In this document: piece after piece, positions 49,067 through 58,386 of the stretch
Layout of the letters: each line of letters starts with the position of its first letter
Position numbering within the stretch: position 1 is the stretch's first letter
Origin: an uncultured delta proteobacterium
GTDB lineage: Bacteria; Myxococcota_A; Polyangia; Fen-1088
Direction of reading: 5' to 3'
NCBI GenBank assembly: GCA_963796685.1
Contig: CAWCMR010000009.1
Location: 329,037 to 393,036, forward strand
DNA length: 64,000 bases
Program-made: the position numbers and the translations under genes
Notes under the pieces: model-generated
The model's database searches: none
What the model saw: the letters and a program-made list of their open reading frames with translations, nothing else
What the model was told of the DNA's origin: nothing

Positions 49067-49082
49067 TGCAAAGTCGGCGCCA
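49067..49082 (-). promoter_or_regulatory. Sigma-54 promoter candidate driving the sensor-less kinase gene
   Basis: The minus strand reads TGGCGC-CGACT-TTGCA, one mismatch to TGGCAC-N5-TTGCA. It lies about 25 nt upstream of ATG 49044 and next to the divergent sigma-54 activator gene. Confidence 0.45.
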
Positions 49083-49194
49083 AGTACGGAACACGGCACC
49101 CACACCTGGTGAATATCCTTGATTTCCCCCTAACGCGCCCCCAACATCGGCGTCGTTCGTTCGGCACGAGCCGTTAGACGAGGACCATCGCGGA

Positions 49195-50541
49195 ATGCTC
49201 GACATACTCCTGGTTGACGACGAGCCCGAGATTCGCCTGCCTCTCGGCGAGGCGCTACGCGAGATCGGGCATCGCGTGGCCTTGGCCGCGGACGGGGACG
49301 AGGCCATGCGCTGCCTGGAGCGCCAAACCTTCAACTTGGTTGTCAGTGATGTCCGCCTGCCCAAGGGCGACGGCTTCACCATCCTGCGCAAGGTGCGCGA
49401 CCAGCAACCCAACACCGACGTCATCTTGATGACCGCCTACGGAACCATCCAGGAGGCGGTCACCGCGGTCAGGGAAACCGCCATCGAATACCTGACCAAG
49501 CCCTTCGAGCTGCCGGAAGTCCTGGCCATGGTCGGGCGCATCGACGAACGCTGGCGCCTCATGCGCGACCTGGCCGCCGCACGCGCCGAGTTGGCCTCTC
49601 GCCAAACCGGCCGCATGATCGAAGGCAGCTCGCCCGCCATCGTGCAACTGCGGGAGCGCATCGCCGCCATCGCGACCAGCTCCGCCGCCGTGCTGCTGAC
49701 CGGGGAGAGCGGCACGGGCAAGGAGCTTGCCGCGCGCATGATCCACGCGGCGAGCGATCGGCGGGATGCCGCCTTCGTCGCGGTGAACTGCGCCGCCGTT
49801 CCCGCGGCCCTGATGGAAGCCGAGCTCTTCGGCCACGAGCGCGGGGCCTTCACCGGAGCGGTCAAGCGGCGCGACGGGCGCTTCAAGGCGGCCGATGGCG
49901 GCACCTTGTTCCTCGACGAAATCGGCGAAATGCCGCTCGACGTGCAGGCCAAGCTTTTGCGCGTGCTGCAAGAAGGATCCTTCGAGCCCATCGGCTCCAA
50001 CACCTCGGTCAAGGTGGATGTGCGCCTCGTCTCCGCCAGCAATCGTGAGCTCAAGGGTCTGGCCGGCGAAGGCGCCTTTCGTCAAGATCTCTACTACCGA
50101 ATCAAGGTCTTCGATCTGCATCTGCCGCCCCTGCGCGAGCGACTTTCCGACCTGCCCATCCTGGTCGAGCAATTCCTGCGCGAGTTCACCGCCGCGGGCG
50201 AGACGCCACCCAGCCTGGCCCCCGCGGCCTGGGCGGCGCTACAGGGCTACAACTATCCCGGCAACGTGCGAGAGCTCCGCCACGCCATTCAGCACGCCAC
50301 CATCCTGGCGCGCGGCCAGGAGATCAGGGTCCATCATCTGCCGTCCGAGTTTCGCGGTGGCACCAGCGTCCTTGCGAGCGAGCGGGTCGAGCCGCTCGCC
50401 GCGGTCATGGCCCAGTTCGAGCGCGACTATATCGCGCGAACCTTGGACTTGGCCGGCGGCGAGCGCCGCAAGGCTGCCGAGATGCTGGGGATCTCCCGAA
50501 AGAATCTCTGGGAGAAGATGAGCAAGCACGGCCTGGGCTAG
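49195..50541 (+). CDS. Sigma-54-dependent response regulator (NtrC family: REC-AAA+-Fis HTH)
   Basis: REC (LLVDDE...VVSDVRLP), Walker A GESGTGKE, the sigma-54 contact motif GAFTGA, and a C-terminal AAEMLGISRKNLWEKM HTH. Confidence 0.9.
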   Translation: MLDILLVDDEPEIRLPLGEALREIGHRVALAADGDEAMRCLERQTFNLVVSDVRLPKGDGFTILRKVRDQQPNTDVILMTAYGTIQEAVTAVRETAIEYLTKPFELPEVLAMVGRIDERWRLMRDLAAARAELASRQTGRMIEGSSPAIVQLRERIAAIATSSAAVLLTGESGTGKELAARMIHAASDRRDAAFVAVNCAAVPAALMEAELFGHERGAFTGAVKRRDGRFKAADGGTLFLDEIGEMPLDVQAKLLRVLQEGSFEPIGSNTSVKVDVRLVSASNRELKGLAGEGAFRQDLYYRIKVFDLHLPPLRERLSDLPILVEQFLREFTAAGETPPSLAPAAWAALQGYNYPGNVRELRHAIQHATILARGQEIRVHHLPSEFRGGTSVLASERVEPLAAVMAQFERDYIARTLDLAGGERRKAAEMLGISRKNLWEKMSKHGLG

Positions 50542-51236
50542 CCCTGGGCCGGGGCCCTGGGAAGCCAGAAGCACAGGACCAGAGCGCATGTCGCGTCTTG
50601 GGTGACTTCGAGCCTGCCGCCGTGGAGCTCGACCAGGAGGCGGGCGACGAGCAGTCCCAAACCGATTGCGTCTTCTCCGGGCACCTCGGTTTCGCAGGGC
50701 GCGGTGAGCGTAAAGCGAACCTTGTCCTCGGCCACGCTCACCAGCAGGTCGATTCCCGATCGCCCCGTGTCCTGATTCAAGGAGACGGAGAGCAGGTTGG
50801 CCAGGATTCGGTCCAGACGAGCCGCGTCCACCGAAATCGCCAGGGGTCCGGCCGGCGCTGCGAGCCGAATGCGGGTTGTGTCCATGTCCCCTGCATGGCG
50901 CGAAAGAAACTCCGGTAGCCATCGCGAGAGGTCGTGCGTGTGAATATCGAGGTCCGCCTTGCCCGAGCGTAGCCGCGCCACGTCCCCCAGCTCCTCGGTC
51001 AAGGCGTTCAGCTTACGCGCCGAAGACACGATCATCGCGGCCAGACGACACTCCTTCTCGAGCCCCAATTTCGTCAGCGACCGCTCGAGCAACTGAGCGC
51101 TGAGTTGGACCGATGTCAGCGGCGTGCGTATCTCGTGCAGGGCGAGGCGAAGCATCCGGTAGTCCTCCGACGGCGCGGGACTCTCCGCACCACCCTCGAG
51201 CGGTAGAGCAACATCTTTGCCGAAAACCGAAGTCAT
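50538..51236 (-). CDS. Short cytoplasmic histidine-kinase-like protein with degenerate ATP-binding domain
   Basis: H-box LHEIRTPL and a G2-like IGLGLLVARLLVELHGG are present, but I cannot find a DxGxG (G1) box and the N-box is atypical. Start set at ATG 51236. Confidence 0.65.
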   Translation of the reverse strand: MTSVFGKDVALPLEGGAESPAPSEDYRMLRLALHEIRTPLTSVQLSAQLLERSLTKLGLEKECRLAAMIVSSARKLNALTEELGDVARLRSGKADLDIHTHDLSRWLPEFLSRHAGDMDTTRIRLAAPAGPLAISVDAARLDRILANLLSVSLNQDTGRSGIDLLVSVAEDKVRFTLTAPCETEVPGEDAIGLGLLVARLLVELHGGRLEVTQDATCALVLCFWLPRAPAQG

Positions 51237-51399
51237 TCGCCTGGAATGATAGCGGCAATCACCCGGGAATGACACCATGGCCAACGCCCCCGCTCAACCC
51301 GGCAGTCGGGCGCGGTCCCATTCAGCGACCTTGGCAACCGACCACGCCTGTGACAGAAGAACAGGCGTCGCCCATCATCGGGCGCCACGGAAACAGGCG

Positions 51400-51756
51400 A
51401 TGAACAACAGCGATGAATTCACGTTTCAGGGTCAGGGCACGCTCAAACGCATCGACACCTTCGTGTCCAAGGCGGGAAAGTCGATCCTCACGCTGATCTT
51501 CGAGATCCAGGGGCAATACCCGCAGCTCATCCCCATCAAGGTCTTTGGCCGGCTGGCCGAACAAGCCTCGGCCTGGAAGCCGGGCGCGATTCTATCCGTC
51601 ACCGGGCGGCTGGGTGGTCGCGACTGGAACGGCAAGGTGTATGGCGACAACGTCGCCACCAGCATCGAAATCATCAGCGCCGACGACGACAAGGATCCGG
51701 GAACGCCGCCCGGTCACGACCCACCGCCGCCCAGCGACGACGACGTTCCCTTCTAG
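51400..51756 (+). CDS. Short single-stranded-DNA-binding-protein-like OB-fold protein with acidic DDDVPF C-terminal tip
   Basis: 118 aa. FGRLAEQASAWKPGAILSVTGRLGGRDWNGK resembles the SSB OB-fold core. Pro-rich linker, then a terminal DDDVPF (canonical SSB tip is DDDIPF). Confidence 0.65.
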   Translation: MNNSDEFTFQGQGTLKRIDTFVSKAGKSILTLIFEIQGQYPQLIPIKVFGRLAEQASAWKPGAILSVTGRLGGRDWNGKVYGDNVATSIEIISADDDKDPGTPPGHDPPPPSDDDVPF

Positions 51757-51951
51757 CTCGCTCACACCCTCACAGCGACGCGCCTGCGCCTTCGAGGTGT
51801 CATGTATTGCCGCGTCATCACTGTCCGGTCGAGGCCAGATCCCTCGCCTCAAGCGATGATCGCTGCGCTAGGTTATCAAGTTGAGCGGCGCCAAAGCCGT
51901 GGAAGGTCCTGCGACCGCAGGCCTCTCGCCGCTCTCCGTGCGTAGGCGAGG

Positions 51952-52197
51952 CTAGACCGGCAGCCCGCTGACGATGATCTTGCGCAGGCCAGAAACCGGG
52001 AGCGGCTGTCCCCGCTTCGTCTCTTCGAAGATGATCTGGGCCATGGTGGCAGCGGTCAAATCCTTACCGGAATCGCGATTCGTGACCCGGATTTCCTCGC
52101 CACTGCGGATCAGATCGGCGATCTGCTGGAGGTTCACGTAGTGGCTTTCCTGCGTGTCGTACAACTTCCTGTTCGAATAGCGGCGGATGGTTCTCAT
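51952..52197 (-). CDS. PhaR N-terminal (PHB/PHA accumulation regulator DNA-binding) domain-only protein
   Basis: MRTIRRYSNRKLYDTQESHYVNLQQIADLIRSGEEI...MAQIIFEE matches the PHB_acc_N pattern. 81 aa. Confidence 0.8.
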   Translation of the reverse strand: MRTIRRYSNRKLYDTQESHYVNLQQIADLIRSGEEIRVTNRDSGKDLTAATMAQIIFEETKRGQPLPVSGLRKIIVSGLPV

Positions 52198-52284
52198 GGG
52201 CAGAGAATGGCATAGAGATTGGGCGACGGGAAGATACAGTTTCCGTCCGGCTTCTGACCTCCCTGGGCGCGGCGACCACGTCGC

Positions 52285-52899
52285 TCACGCGACGAAGAAC
52301 AACACGGCGAGGTAGTGACAGGCGCTGCCCCCCAGGACGAAGAGGTGCCAAACACCATGTCCATAGCGCACCCCCTTCTTGCCCGCGACGTAGAAGAAGA
52401 TTCCCCCGGTGTACAGCAGCCCCCCAGCGAGCAACCAGGCAAAGCCCTTCAGGGTCAGAAGGGAAATCAAGGGCACGACGGCCAACACTGCCAGCCATCC
52501 CATGAGCAAGTAGATCGAAAGCGACAGAATTCGACTTCGTTGGGCGCGCCACAGCTCCTGGACAACACCGAGAGCCGCGAGCGTCCATATGGCGCCGAAC
52601 AAGGGCCAACCCCCATGGCCACGAAGGGTGACCAACGTGAAAGGAGAATAGGTGCCCGCAATCAAGAGGTAGATCGCGCAGTGGTCGAGATTGCGCAGCA
52701 TGGGCTTCGAAGGCCCGTGCGCGGAATGGTACAGGAACGAGGTGACATATTGACCGACGAGGGCCAGGCCGTAGAGGCTGAAGCTGGCGATCCGCCAGGG
52801 ATCACCCAGGTGCGCGGCCGACAGAACAAGCGCGAGGGTCCCCCCCAACGCTAGAGCGGCGCCGATGAGGTGACTGAGCGAATTGAATCTTTCTTCCAC
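52285..52899 (-). CDS. Hemolysin III / PAQR family membrane protein
   Basis: EERFNSLSHLIGAAL..., seven TM helices, YHSAHG and HLFVLGGSACHY motifs. Start set at GTG 52899. The longer ORF to 53097 looks non-coding. Confidence 0.8.
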   Translation of the reverse strand: MEERFNSLSHLIGAALALGGTLALVLSAAHLGDPWRIASFSLYGLALVGQYVTSFLYHSAHGPSKPMLRNLDHCAIYLLIAGTYSPFTLVTLRGHGGWPLFGAIWTLAALGVVQELWRAQRSRILSLSIYLLMGWLAVLAVVPLISLLTLKGFAWLLAGGLLYTGGIFFYVAGKKGVRYGHGVWHLFVLGGSACHYLAVLFFVA

Positions 52900-52924
52900 G
52901 TGAAGGCTCTCGCCCGAGGGACTC

Positions 52925-53443
52925 TTGGGGTGGCGGATTATGGTACACCAACCACCGATGGACAGTCGAAGCGGGGCCGGCCCATACGAAGTGCCGAAGG
53001 CGGATCTCAACCAGCCTGGCTCGGCCGAGCGCCCGCCTCGACCATCCGTGGGCGATGTCTTGCTGGTGATGCTCCTGCAACTCGCCGCGGTCGCCATCCT
53101 CGGCCGCGCCCTTCCACCCCTCCTCGGTCGGTCCTGGCCAGGCTATCCGTTCGCCGGGCGTATGATCGGGGCCGCGACGTTTGCCATGCTCGAAAAGCGA
53201 CATCGCCCCGGGTCGCGCCCGCTTGGCTTCATCGCCTTGCTTGCCCTGTGGGCGACCTTGGCGTGGCTGCTCTTCACCGTGCTCTCGATGGGGGTATTCC
53301 TGGGCTTGCCGAACCATTGGCCAACCCCTGGCATCGAATGGCTCGCGACTGCCAACAGGCTTCTCGTCAGCGGCGCAAGCACCTTTGTCGCAACGGTGGC
53401 GGGATTGTGGCTGGGCTCGCGCGCAAGCGCCCGACGATTCTAG
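52925..53443 (+). CDS. Hypothetical membrane protein
   Basis: Four hydrophobic helices. Start uncertain (several in-frame Met between 52925 and 52960). No family recognised. Confidence 0.4.
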   Translation: MGWRIMVHQPPMDSRSGAGPYEVPKADLNQPGSAERPPRPSVGDVLLVMLLQLAAVAILGRALPPLLGRSWPGYPFAGRMIGAATFAMLEKRHRPGSRPLGFIALLALWATLAWLLFTVLSMGVFLGLPNHWPTPGIEWLATANRLLVSGASTFVATVAGLWLGSRASARRF

Positions 53444-55003
53444 CCAGGGGGCAAGCAGTCCGTGGGCCGGGCGATTGCGACGAGAGCCTGGGCCGCGGCT
53501 TGCAGATCCGCGGATTCGTAGGGTTTGGACAGGAGTCGGGTGACGCCACGCTCCTTGAGCGCCTCCGCGGACATCGATTCGCCGATACCCGACACCATCA
53601 GGATGGGAAGGTCCGGGCGGGTCGCAAGCACATTGGCAACGAGCTCCAGGCCGGTCATGTGAGGCATCGTGTTGTCGGTGACGAGCAAGTCGAACCGACA
53701 GGGATCGGATCGAAATTCCTCGAGGGCCTGCAAACTGGACGTGTGCGCGGTAACGTCGAAGCCGACGGCTTCGAGCACGCGCCGCCCGAGAGCGGCCAGC
53801 CGCTCTTCGTCCTCGACGAAGAGGATCCGGTGCCGCTGCGGGCGGACCCCATCGGCGCCATCCATCACCTGCGCGTTCAACGGGGCCGCGGGAAGGTATA
53901 CGTCGAAACAGGTTCCCTCGCCCACGCGGCTCGCGACTTCGATGCCTCCGCCCAGGGAAAGAACGATTTGTCTGATGACCGACAGTCCGAGCCCGGTGCC
54001 TTCGCCTTGGGGTTTGGTGGTGAAGAAGGGCTCGAAAATGCTTCCAAGCATCTTGTCAGGAATGCCGGTCCCCGTGTCCGACACACGCAGCCGCACGTGA
54101 AGCCCCGGACGCATGCCCGTGTGCGCGGCCACGAACGTCTCATCCACGGTCACGGGCCCCACGCGAATCTCCAGCACCCCCCCATGGTTCTTCATGGCGT
54201 GAGCCGCGTTGGTGGCCAGGTTCATGGCGATCTGGTGCAACTCGTTTCCGTCGGCGACAACCTGGGGCGTGGTCGCATCGAACCCCTCGCGAATCTCGAT
54301 GTTGAGCGGCAGCGTGGCACGCAACAGATGGATGGCCTCGCGAACCGGTGCTTCGATGCTGGTGGGCGCGCGCGTCGGCTGCGACTTTCGCGTGAAGAAC
54401 AGGATGCGGTTCACGAGATCGCGCCCGCGCCGGGCGGTGTCGATGACGACGTCGAGATCCTCTTTCACCAAGGGAAGACCCTTGACGGCTTCACGCGCCA
54501 GCTCGGTGTAGCCGATGATGCCGAGCAAGATGTTGTTGAAGTCGTGCGCGATGCCGCTGGCCAGGTTGCCGATGGCCTCCAGCTTGTGCGTCTGGCGCAA
54601 GCGTTCTTCCAGGCCGCGTCGTTCGCTGACGTCCACGATGGTGCCAAGGATGAAGACGCCCTCGGGGGTCGCGATGGGGGAAAGACCGATCTCGACGGGG
54701 ATCTCGCGCCCGTCCTTGTGGCGGGCGAAGAGCTCGCGTCCGGCACCCATGCGCCGGGCGGTGGGCTCGTGCGTGTACTGGCCGCGCAGCTTTGCGTGCC
54801 CCCGGACAAAATGATCGGGCACCAGCAGCTCCACCGACTGCCCGAGGAGCTGCGTCGCGGGAGTAGCCGCACAACCGCTCGACCTCCTGGTTGACCGCCG
54901 TGATGACGCCACCCCCGTCGACGACGATCAACCCCGACGGGCACCGTTCGAAAGCGGTTCTGATGAACTCGTCGCTGACTTCCCTCGGGATCTGTCGCGC
55001 CAT
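53440..55003 (-). CDS. PAS-HisKA-HATPase_c-REC hybrid histidine kinase; frame disrupted near 54852
   Basis: ATG 55003 opens MARQIPREVSDEFIRTAFERCPSGLIVVDGGGVITAVNQEVERLCGYSRD. The continuation (E)LLGQSVELLVPD... is in ORF 53440..54912. H-box IAHDFNNIL, DTGTGI, GTGLGLS, C-terminal REC. The reconstructed length is 3n+1. Confidence 0.8.
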
Positions 55004-55180
55004 GGCTCTCCCCTCGGAGGGATGCACGCTAGCATGGCAAACTCCTCGTGCCAGGACCACGGCGATGTGGCCACGCACGTCCGCTTGCCTCACCGGTACG
55101 TATCGCGACGCCGATCGGCGGCATCAATCCCGGACGCTGGGAAGCTGCTCAAGCGACGGGAGCCGTTCGACACCAGCCGC

Positions 55181-56362
55181 CTAGAACTCCGGCTGATGAA
55201 AGGCCGGCGTGGGACGAGCGAAGAGGAAACCCTGGAAGAAGTCGCATCCAAGGTCGCAAAGGATGTCCCGTTCGGCAGGCGTTTCCACGCCCTCGGCGAC
55301 GAGCATCATCTCCATTTCGCGACACAGGGACGCAACCGAGGCCACGAGCTTGCGTTTGACGGGGTTGGCCTCGATCCCGCGAATGAGATTCATGTCGACC
55401 TTCACGATGTCTGGATCCAGCACGGCAAAGCTGGTCAGACCTGCATAACCGGCGCCCAGGTCGTCGACGGCGATGCGAAAACCAAGCCTGCGCAATTCGG
55501 CCACGCGTTCGCGAACCTCTTCCAATCTGGTCAACGGCGAGCGTTCGGTGATTTCCAGCACCACTCGGGAAGCCATGCCCACGAGAGGAGAGGACGGTTC
55601 GACGAGTTGCGGATCGAGCAGGTCGTCGGGGTGCAAGTTGATGAACAGCAGCCAATCCCGGCTCATCAGCGAGCGACGACCGGCGGCGAAGGCCCGCGTG
55701 GCGCGACCCAGCCTTTGCGTGGCCCCCAGCCGCTCGGCAGCGCTGAGCATGTCTTCGGGCCCGGGCAGCGAGGGCTCGCGGCTGCGCAAGAGAGCCTCGT
55801 AACCGAGGATGCTCTTGGTGGAGAGCGACACGATCGGCTGGAAGGCCATGCCGAAGGAGGCCATCGCCCGCTCGAAGCTGGCCTCGAGGCCCGCGCAATC
55901 CGACGGCCCGGCTATCCCCGCCAGCCCCAAGGCCTCGCGCTTGAGGCACGCCAGGCGATAGAGCTGCGTGGCTTGCACGACGGTGCGGCGCAGGTGCTCG
56001 AGGTCGAAGGGTTTGGGCAGGTAGCGAAAGGCGCCGTATTCGACGGCCTGGGCCGCGCCCTCCCAGGAAGGGTGTCCCGTGACCAAGACCACGGGCAGAT
56101 CCGGATCCTGCTCGCGAACCGCGCGCAGGAGATCGAGGCCGGTCATGCCGGGCAAGTTGATGTCGCTGACGGCCGCGGCGAGGCCGCCCTGCTTGATGCG
56201 CGCCAGGGCATCCGTCGCGCACTCGCAAGTGACGACCTCGAAGGTTTCCTCCAAGGCTCGGGCCAGCATGCGCAACACGAACGATTCGTCGTCCACGACG
56301 AGGACGGTCTCGCGCGATCCCGGACATCTCGCATAGTCTTGTCCCGTTTCCCTGGAGTGCAT
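55181..56362 (-). CDS. Response regulator with EAL domain (c-di-GMP phosphodiesterase)
   Basis: REC (VLVVDDE...AVSDINLPGMTG...KP) plus EAL motifs YEALLR, DDLGAGYAG, KVD, EGVET, QGF. Start set at ATG 56362. Confidence 0.85.
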   Translation of the reverse strand: MHSRETGQDYARCPGSRETVLVVDDESFVLRMLARALEETFEVVTCECATDALARIKQGGLAAAVSDINLPGMTGLDLLRAVREQDPDLPVVLVTGHPSWEGAAQAVEYGAFRYLPKPFDLEHLRRTVVQATQLYRLACLKREALGLAGIAGPSDCAGLEASFERAMASFGMAFQPIVSLSTKSILGYEALLRSREPSLPGPEDMLSAAERLGATQRLGRATRAFAAGRRSLMSRDWLLFINLHPDDLLDPQLVEPSSPLVGMASRVVLEITERSPLTRLEEVRERVAELRRLGFRIAVDDLGAGYAGLTSFAVLDPDIVKVDMNLIRGIEANPVKRKLVASVASLCREMEMMLVAEGVETPAERDILCDLGCDFFQGFLFARPTPAFHQPEF

Positions 56363-56557
56363 GAACCCACCTTCTGACCTCGGACCGGCCTCCCCGCCCG
56401 ACGGGGCTGCCCGACACAGGAGCCTTCTTGATTCGCCGCGGGCAGAAGTCATCGGGCCTCCTTCCCAAGAACTTTAGATACCGACGGGGCCGGAATGATT
56501 CAAGTGATGGAACGGTACGGCCAGCCCGTGGTCTGATAAGGTTCTGCCCGCCCCGTC

Positions 56558-57556
56558 GTGATCCACGTCAGCAGTCTGAGCAAAACCTATCGTGTCCATC
56601 GCAGGCCTCCGGGCCTGTGGGCGTCGGTACGGTCATTGGTCCATCGCAACTACGAAAACGTGCACGCGCTTGCCGAAGTCAGCTTCGCCATCGCGCCCGG
56701 GGAGCGTGTCGGCTTTCTCGGCCCCAACGGCGCGGGCAAGACCACGGCGCTCAAGATCCTGTCCGGCCTGCTCTACCCGACCAGCGGCAAGGTGACCGTC
56801 GGAGGGTTCATCCCGCACGAGCGGCGCGCGGAGTTTCTGGGCACCATCACCCTCATCATGGGGCAGAAGCAACAGCTCATGTGGGATCTGCCGCCGTCCG
56901 AAACCTTCGCCATGAACCGCGCCCTCTTCGACCTGCCGAGGCGCGAAGCCGATGCCGTCCAGAGCGAGCTGGTCGAGCTGCTGCAAGTCGGGCCGCTGCT
57001 GGGCAAGCCCTGCCGCCAGCTATCGCTCGGCGAGCGCATGAAGTGCGAGCTCGTGGCCGCCCTGCTGCACCGGCCGAAGGTGCTGTTCCTCGACGAGCCC
57101 ACCATCGGCCTCGACGTTTCGATGCAGGCCCAGCTGCGCGACTTCATCCGCCGCCACAACGAGGCCACCGGCGCGACCATCCTGCTCACCAGTCATTACA
57201 TGGCCGACGTGGCCGCGCTGTGCCCGCGGGTCATCGTCATCGACAAGGGCCACTTGGTCTACGACGGCGATCTCAAGGCCTTGGCCCGTCGCATTCGTCC
57301 CGAGAAGCGTATCACTCTGCACTTCGCCTCGGTGCCCACACCGGGCAGCCTGGACCGACTGGGCCATTGCGTGGCACGTTCGGATTCACAAGCCACCCTG
57401 TCGGTTCCCGCGGCGCAGGTGACCGAGGCAGTTCGCGCCGCGCTGGAACAACTACCCATCGCCGATATTTCGGTCGAGGATCCGCCGCTGGAGGAAATCA
57501 TGCGCGAGTTCCTGGGTGGCCAGCGCCACGGCGGCGAAGCCGGGACGCCGGTATGA
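56558..57556 (+). CDS. ABC transporter ATP-binding protein (ABC-2 type system)
   Basis: Walker A GPNGAGKTT, signature LSLGERMK, Walker B LFLDEPTIGLD. GTG start. Confidence 0.85.
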   Translation: MIHVSSLSKTYRVHRRPPGLWASVRSLVHRNYENVHALAEVSFAIAPGERVGFLGPNGAGKTTALKILSGLLYPTSGKVTVGGFIPHERRAEFLGTITLIMGQKQQLMWDLPPSETFAMNRALFDLPRREADAVQSELVELLQVGPLLGKPCRQLSLGERMKCELVAALLHRPKVLFLDEPTIGLDVSMQAQLRDFIRRHNEATGATILLTSHYMADVAALCPRVIVIDKGHLVYDGDLKALARRIRPEKRITLHFASVPTPGSLDRLGHCVARSDSQATLSVPAAQVTEAVRAALEQLPIADISVEDPPLEEIMREFLGGQRHGGEAGTPV

Positions 57557-58386
57557 AGCACCTGTGGGCCAGCCGAACGCTCGCCGCGGCACGACGATGG
57601 CTACGCGCCTACCCGAGCCTTTTGCGCGTGGGCCTGGCGGACATGTTGGCCTATCGTGCCGAGTTCCTGGTGTGGATCCTGTCCATGAACATGCCGCTGG
57701 TCATGATGGCGCTGTGGACCGCGGTGGCCGCCGACGGGCCGGTCGGCCGATTCGGCAAGCAGGAGTTCGTCGCCTACTACCTCGGCATGCTGATCGTCCG
57801 TATCCTGACCGGTTCGTGGCTGGTGTGGGAGCTGACCATGGAGATCAGGCGCGGCACGCTGGCCATCCGCCTTCTGCGCCCTATCCATCCCTTGTGGGCG
57901 TTCAGCGCCATGCAGCTCGCGGCGGTTCCCCTGCGCGCGCTCGTCATCTCGCCCCTGGTTGTCGTCTTGTACTGGGTCGCGGGAGCGAGCCTGCCCATGC
58001 ACGATCCCGAGCGCCTCGCCATCGTGTTCGCATCCATCGCCGGCGCATGGCTGTTGCTCTTTCTGGTCATGGCCATCATCGGCATGCTGGCGGCCTACGT
58101 CGAGAGCGCCTTGTCGGTCTTCGATCTGTGGCTGGGCGCCCAGGCCATCCTGTCGGGCTTCCTGGTTCCGCTCGAGCTCATGCCGCCGTGGGTGGCGCGG
58201 CTGGCGCGCGTGCTGCCCTTCCGCTACATCCTGGGTTTCCCGGTGGAGACCTTGATTGGCCTCGAAAGCGACGCCGTCGCCCTGCGCGAGCTGGGCGTGC
58301 AGTGGCTGTTCGTGGCCGGCGCATTTGTCATGATGGTGCTCCTGTGGCGCAAAGCCCTGCAGCGGTTCGCGGCCTTCGGAGGATGA
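57553..58386 (+). CDS. ABC-2 family transporter permease
   Basis: Six TM helices. ATG overlaps the upstream stop (ATGA). The YRAEFLVW N-terminal motif is typical of this uncharacterised ABC-2 permease group. Confidence 0.7.
   Translation: MKHLWASRTLAAARRWLRAYPSLLRVGLADMLAYRAEFLVWILSMNMPLVMMALWTAVAADGPVGRFGKQEFVAYYLGMLIVRILTGSWLVWELTMEIRRGTLAIRLLRPIHPLWAFSAMQLAAVPLRALVISPLVVVLYWVAGASLPMHDPERLAIVFASIAGAWLLLFLVMAIIGMLAAYVESALSVFDLWLGAQAILSGFLVPLELMPPWVARLARVLPFRYILGFPVETLIGLESDAVALRELGVQWLFVAGAFVMMVLLWRKALQRFAAFGG

Noticed and set aside
51246-51261. Plus-strand TGGAAT-GATAG-CGGCA as a sigma-54 promoter for the SSB-like gene
   Set aside because: Only the GG/GC dinucleotides match. Both hexamers are otherwise poor, so the match is likely background.
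55030-55047. Sigma-54-like motif upstream of the PAS kinase (minus strand TGGCAC-GAGGAGT-TTGC)
   Set aside because: The -24 and -12 elements are separated by 7 nt rather than 5 nt. Sigma-54 promoters do not tolerate this spacing change.
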